NCBI GenBank assembly: GCA_947631495.1
Contig: CANRLO010000002.1
Span: 1 to 62,828, forward strand
Source: an uncultured Clostridia bacterium
GTDB lineage: Bacteria; Bacillota; Clostridia; TANB77; CAG-508
DNA: 62,828 bases
Reading direction: 5' to 3'
This document shows, piece after piece, positions 59,528-62,828 of this stretch. The position numbers and the translations under genes were made by a program. Position 1 is the first letter of the stretch, and every line of letters begins with the position of its first letter. The notes below the pieces were generated by a model. That model saw nothing but the letters and a program-made list of their open reading frames with translations. It did not search any database and was not told where the DNA came from.

Positions 59528-60455
59528 TATAAAAAAATTAATATTCACTATAATAAAAATGTAGAAAAATATAATTTTATGTCAATAAAAAATAGTTGAA
59601 AAAATTTTATAAAACTGATATAATTACTAATATTTATTTCAAAATGTTTAAAATCAAAAAGGAGAATTATGCCAAGAATTTCAAGAGAAACTTTTCGTTC
59701 TGGTTTTTTTCATATCATGGTACAAGGAATTAATAAAGAATATATTTTCAAAGAAAAGGAAAATAAAGAAAAATACATGTATCTTATGAAAAAATATTAC
59801 TCAAGTTATAAATTAAAAATAATTGCATATTGCATTATGAATAATCATGTTCATTTAATTATCTATTCGGATGATATTAATCAAATTTCAGAATATATGC
59901 ATAAAATAAATTCTATTTATGCGATGGATTATAATAGAAATCATAAACGAGTAGGTTATTTATTTAGAGACAGGTATAAAAGTCAGTATATATATAATAA
60001 AGAATATTTATTAAAATGCGTAAAATATATTCATATGAATCCTGTTAAAGCTAGAATAGTTGTAAATGAATGCGACTATTTATATTCTTCTTACAATGAC
60101 TTTAAGAATAAAAGTAATTTTGTAGATGATAGTGTAATAAACTTAGTTTTTAGCAATGAAGATGAGATAGCATTTTTTAATAATATGACAGATATTGATA
60201 TAGAAATTATGGATATAGATAGAGATGATGAAAATTTCAAAATAGCAGTAAAAAATTATCTTAAAAAAAGAAATATAAGTATGGAAGAAATTAAAAATAA
60301 CAAAGAATATATACATGATTTTATATATAATTTAATGAAAAAAGGTTATAAGCAAAAACAAATTGCAAAGGAAATAGGAGTAAGCAATGCTACAGTATGT
60401 TTAATAGCTAAGAAAAATAAAAATAATTAAATTTTTAGACCCGTCCCTAAAATTT
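59499..60455 (+). mobile_element. RAYT-like gene bracketed by perfect 29-bp inverted repeats
   Basis: 59499-59527 and 60427-60455 are exact reverse complements; the right copy overlaps the stop codon. Confidence 0.75.
59669..60430 (+). CDS. IS200-like Y1 (HUH) transposase, RAYT-like, with C-terminal HTH
   Basis: HVHLII (HUH), YLFRDRYKSQYI and YIHMNPVKARIV motifs of the Y1_Tnp/RAYT family. C-terminal YKQKQIAKEIGVSNATV is HTH-like. Confidence 0.78.
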   Translation: MPRISRETFRSGFFHIMVQGINKEYIFKEKENKEKYMYLMKKYYSSYKLKIIAYCIMNNHVHLIIYSDDINQISEYMHKINSIYAMDYNRNHKRVGYLFRDRYKSQYIYNKEYLLKCVKYIHMNPVKARIVVNECDYLYSSYNDFKNKSNFVDDSVINLVFSNEDEIAFFNNMTDIDIEIMDIDRDDENFKIAVKNYLKKRNISMEEIKNNKEYIHDFIYNLMKKGYKQKQIAKEIGVSNATVCLIAKKNKNN

Positions 60456-60531
60456 ACAAAAACCCCTTTTAAAATAAAGAAAAATATTATAAAATAGAGA
60501 AAATTATTTAGAATTAGAAAAAGAGGAAATT

Positions 60532-62217
60532 ATGAATAAAAAATGGGAATGCCATGTTGCAGATGAAGAAAAAGTTAGAAAAATTGCAGAAGAATATAAT
60601 GTTAGCACTTTACTTGCAAAAATTTTAGTGAATAAAAATTTATTAGAAAAACAAGAGATTGATTTATTTTTAAAACCAACTAGACATGATTTTTACAATC
60701 CGTTTTTAATGCCAGATATGGAAAAAGCAGTAGAGAGAATTATAAAAGCCATAGAAAGCAAAGAAAAGATGATTATTTATGGAGATTATGACGTAGATGG
60801 TATTACAAGTATTACAGTATTAAAAAAGTTTTTATTAGAACGAAATGCAAATGTATCTGAATATATTCCAAGTAGATTAGAAGAAGGCTACGGGCTAAAT
60901 AAAGAGGCTATTAAAAAAATAGTAGAAGAAGGAAATACTTTAATGATTACAGTAGATTGTGGAATTTCTGGTATAGATGAAATTGAATATGCCAATTCTT
61001 TGGGGCTAGAAACCATTGTAACAGACCATCACGAACCAGGAGAGATTTTACCAAATGCCTTAGCGGTAGTAGATGCAAAGCGTAAAGATAATCAGTATCC
61101 TTTTAATCAACTAGCAGGTGTAGGGGTTAGCTTTAAGTTAATTCAAGCTCTTTCTCAAAAATTGAATTTAGACGAGAAAGAATATTTGAAATATTTAGAT
61201 ATTGTTTGCATAGGAACGATTTCCGACATTGTGCCTTTGGTAGATGAAAATAGAGTAATTGCAAAATTGGGCTTAAAGTTAGTAGAAGTAACTAAAAATA
61301 TAGGGCTTAAAACTTTATTAGAAGTTTCTGGCTACAAACAAGTAGATTCAACTACTATTTCTTTTGGACTAGCTCCTCGTATAAATGCTTGTGGAAGAAT
61401 AGGAAAAGCGCAAGAGGCTTTACAATTATTTTTAACAGAAGATAGAAGTGAAGCCAGACAAATTGCAGAAAAACTAAATGAATATAATAAGCAAAGACAA
61501 GAAATTGAAAAAGAAATTTTTGAAGAAGCAAAAGAGCAAGTAGAAAAAGAGAAACAAGAAAAGCAAGTCTTGGTATTAGGAAGTGATGGCTGGCATCACG
61601 GAGTAATAGGAATAGTAGCTTCTAAAATAACAGAATTATATTTTAAACCAAGTATTCTTATTTGCTTTGAAGGAGAAGATGGAAAAGGCTCTGGTAGAAG
61701 CATTCCAGGTTTTGATTTATATGAAGCATTAAGCAAATGTAATACCTATTTAGAAAAATATGGTGGACACTCTATGGCAGTAGGTGTTGGAGTAAAAAAA
61801 GAAAATTTTGAAAAATTTAAAGAAGATTTTGAAAAATATGCACAAAATAGCAATATATGTGATATAATACCGATAATTCCTATTGATGAGGAAATTTCTC
61901 TGCAAGATGTAAGCTTAAAAGCAGTGCAAGAATTAAGTTTATTAGAGCCTTTTGGAGAAGCCAATAAAATGCCAGTATTTTTATATAAAAACTTAAAAAT
62001 ACACTCCATTCGAACTTTATCAGAAGGAAAGCATATTAAATTAACTCTGCAAGATAACAATTTCTATATAGATGCCATTGGTTTTCAATTAGGACATTTA
62101 GCAGAAGAATATCAAATTGGAGATAAAATTGACGTTGTAGGAACATTAGAAATCAACGAGTTTAATGGAAGGCAAAGCGTGCAAATTAATTTGAAGGATT
62201 TGAGAAAGTCGTACTAA
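60532..62217 (+). CDS. recJ: single-stranded-DNA-specific exonuclease RecJ
   Basis: DHH motifs IIYGDYDVDGITS, TVDCGIS and VTDHH, then DHHA1 GGHSMAVG. Confidence 0.92.
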   Translation: MNKKWECHVADEEKVRKIAEEYNVSTLLAKILVNKNLLEKQEIDLFLKPTRHDFYNPFLMPDMEKAVERIIKAIESKEKMIIYGDYDVDGITSITVLKKFLLERNANVSEYIPSRLEEGYGLNKEAIKKIVEEGNTLMITVDCGISGIDEIEYANSLGLETIVTDHHEPGEILPNALAVVDAKRKDNQYPFNQLAGVGVSFKLIQALSQKLNLDEKEYLKYLDIVCIGTISDIVPLVDENRVIAKLGLKLVEVTKNIGLKTLLEVSGYKQVDSTTISFGLAPRINACGRIGKAQEALQLFLTEDRSEARQIAEKLNEYNKQRQEIEKEIFEEAKEQVEKEKQEKQVLVLGSDGWHHGVIGIVASKITELYFKPSILICFEGEDGKGSGRSIPGFDLYEALSKCNTYLEKYGGHSMAVGVGVKKENFEKFKEDFEKYAQNSNICDIIPIIPIDEEISLQDVSLKAVQELSLLEPFGEANKMPVFLYKNLKIHSIRTLSEGKHIKLTLQDNNFYIDAIGFQLGHLAEEYQIGDKIDVVGTLEINEFNGRQSVQINLKDLRKSY

Positions 62218-62230
62218 AAAACAAATAAAA

Positions 62231-62263
62231 AATCAACAATATCTTTTTTTGATATTGTTGATT
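62231..62263. terminator. 13-bp-stem hairpin between convergent recJ and the small membrane gene
   Basis: AATCAACAATATC pairs with GATATTGTTGATT. The T-run lies on the minus-strand side, so it is mainly a terminator for the minus-strand gene. Confidence 0.6.
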
Positions 62264-62283
62264 AAAAAAATTAGTTCATGCAA

Positions 62284-62472
62284 TTAACTTAATTTAATTG
62301 CTAAAAGTACTATGTACAACAAAAAAGTAATACATAGAAAAAAAAGTGAAATAATAATTAGCGCTTTTCCAAGCAAAGCAAGTGAAGGTAGAAATAAATA
62401 GATAAGACACCCCACAATGCAAGTTATAATAGTAAATATAATGGGCGGAATAAAATTTTTAAATGTTTTCAT
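62284..62472 (-). CDS. small two-TM membrane protein (62 aa)
   Basis: GGAGG RBS on the minus strand before the ATG, two hydrophobic helices, terminator downstream. Confidence 0.5.
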   Translation of the reverse strand: MKTFKNFIPPIIFTIITCIVGCLIYLFLPSLALLGKALIIISLFFLCITFLLYIVLLAIKLS

Positions 62473-62589
62473 AGGGAACCTCCTTTATGAAACAAGCTTG
62501 TAAAAATAGTTCATTTTTACAATTAACAATTGGTAACACAAGAATAATATCATAAAAAAATAGAAAAGTCAACATAAGGAAGTGAAAAA

Positions 62590-62828
62590 ATGCAAGAAGC
62601 AAAAGTACAATACACTATAGATGATATAGTAAACAAAATGAAAAAGAATAACAGAAAAACAGATACAAAGCTAATTTTAAAGGCTTACAACTATGCAAAG
62701 GAGAGCCACGCAGGCCAACTAAGAAAATCAGGAGAGCCATATATTATTCATCCTGTGCAAGTAGCCTATACATTAGCAGAATTAGGTTTAGACGATGCAA
62801 CCATTTGTGCAGCGCTTCTTCATGATGT
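62590..62828 (+). CDS. relA: RelA/SpoT-family (p)ppGpp synthetase/hydrolase, N-terminal part; 3' end outside window
   Basis: [49 protein letters not shown] is the HD-domain start of RelA/SpoT homologues. Confidence 0.88.
   Translation, partial: [79 protein letters not shown]

Overview
Very AT-rich chromosomal segment from an endospore-lineage Firmicute (Clostridia-like; a spoIIIAA-AH operon is present), with almost all genes on the + strand. All calls are by-eye motif recognition; no searches or folding were run. Backbone genes: a partial bile-salt-hydrolase-family gene, yebC, spoIIIAA-AH, pfk, argS, a sortase with its substrate, vanZ, folD, dprA, an MFS transporter, an alpha-glucan phosphorylase, pyk, recJ and partial relA. 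From 17.0 to 48.0 kb lies a ~31-kb surface-polysaccharide region made of two complete Wzx/Wzy-type loci in tandem. Each locus has its own priming sugar transferase, polymerase, flippase and TupA-like ATP-grasp gene, plus a near-identical ugd copy. The most interesting object sits between the two loci. It is a 1.3-kb segment bounded by perfect 26-bp inverted repeats with a 9-7-9 recombinase-core-site layout, and it carries its own tyrosine recombinase (Hin-like topology). It is followed by a TnpB-like gene whose three RuvC catalytic positions look substituted, then by locus 2. Other accessory content: (1) a ToxIN-type type III toxin-antitoxin locus with an intact 36-nt repeat RNA but an internally deleted toxN; (2) a second, orphan promoter / 3x34-nt repeat / terminator RNA; (3) an AAA-ATPase + RloB/TOPRIM-like pair; (4) a TIGR04255-like + small ORF + MBL-fold module whose insertion duplicated the folD promoter; (5) an IS200-like Y1 (RAYT-like) transposase flanked by perfect 29-bp inverted REP-like repeats, with related GGGACG-core MITE-like elements inside the spoIIIA operon; (6) an (AC)27 coding microsatellite in a capsule O-acyltransferase; (7) frameshifted genes (spoIIIAD, spoIIIAG, one acyltransferase).
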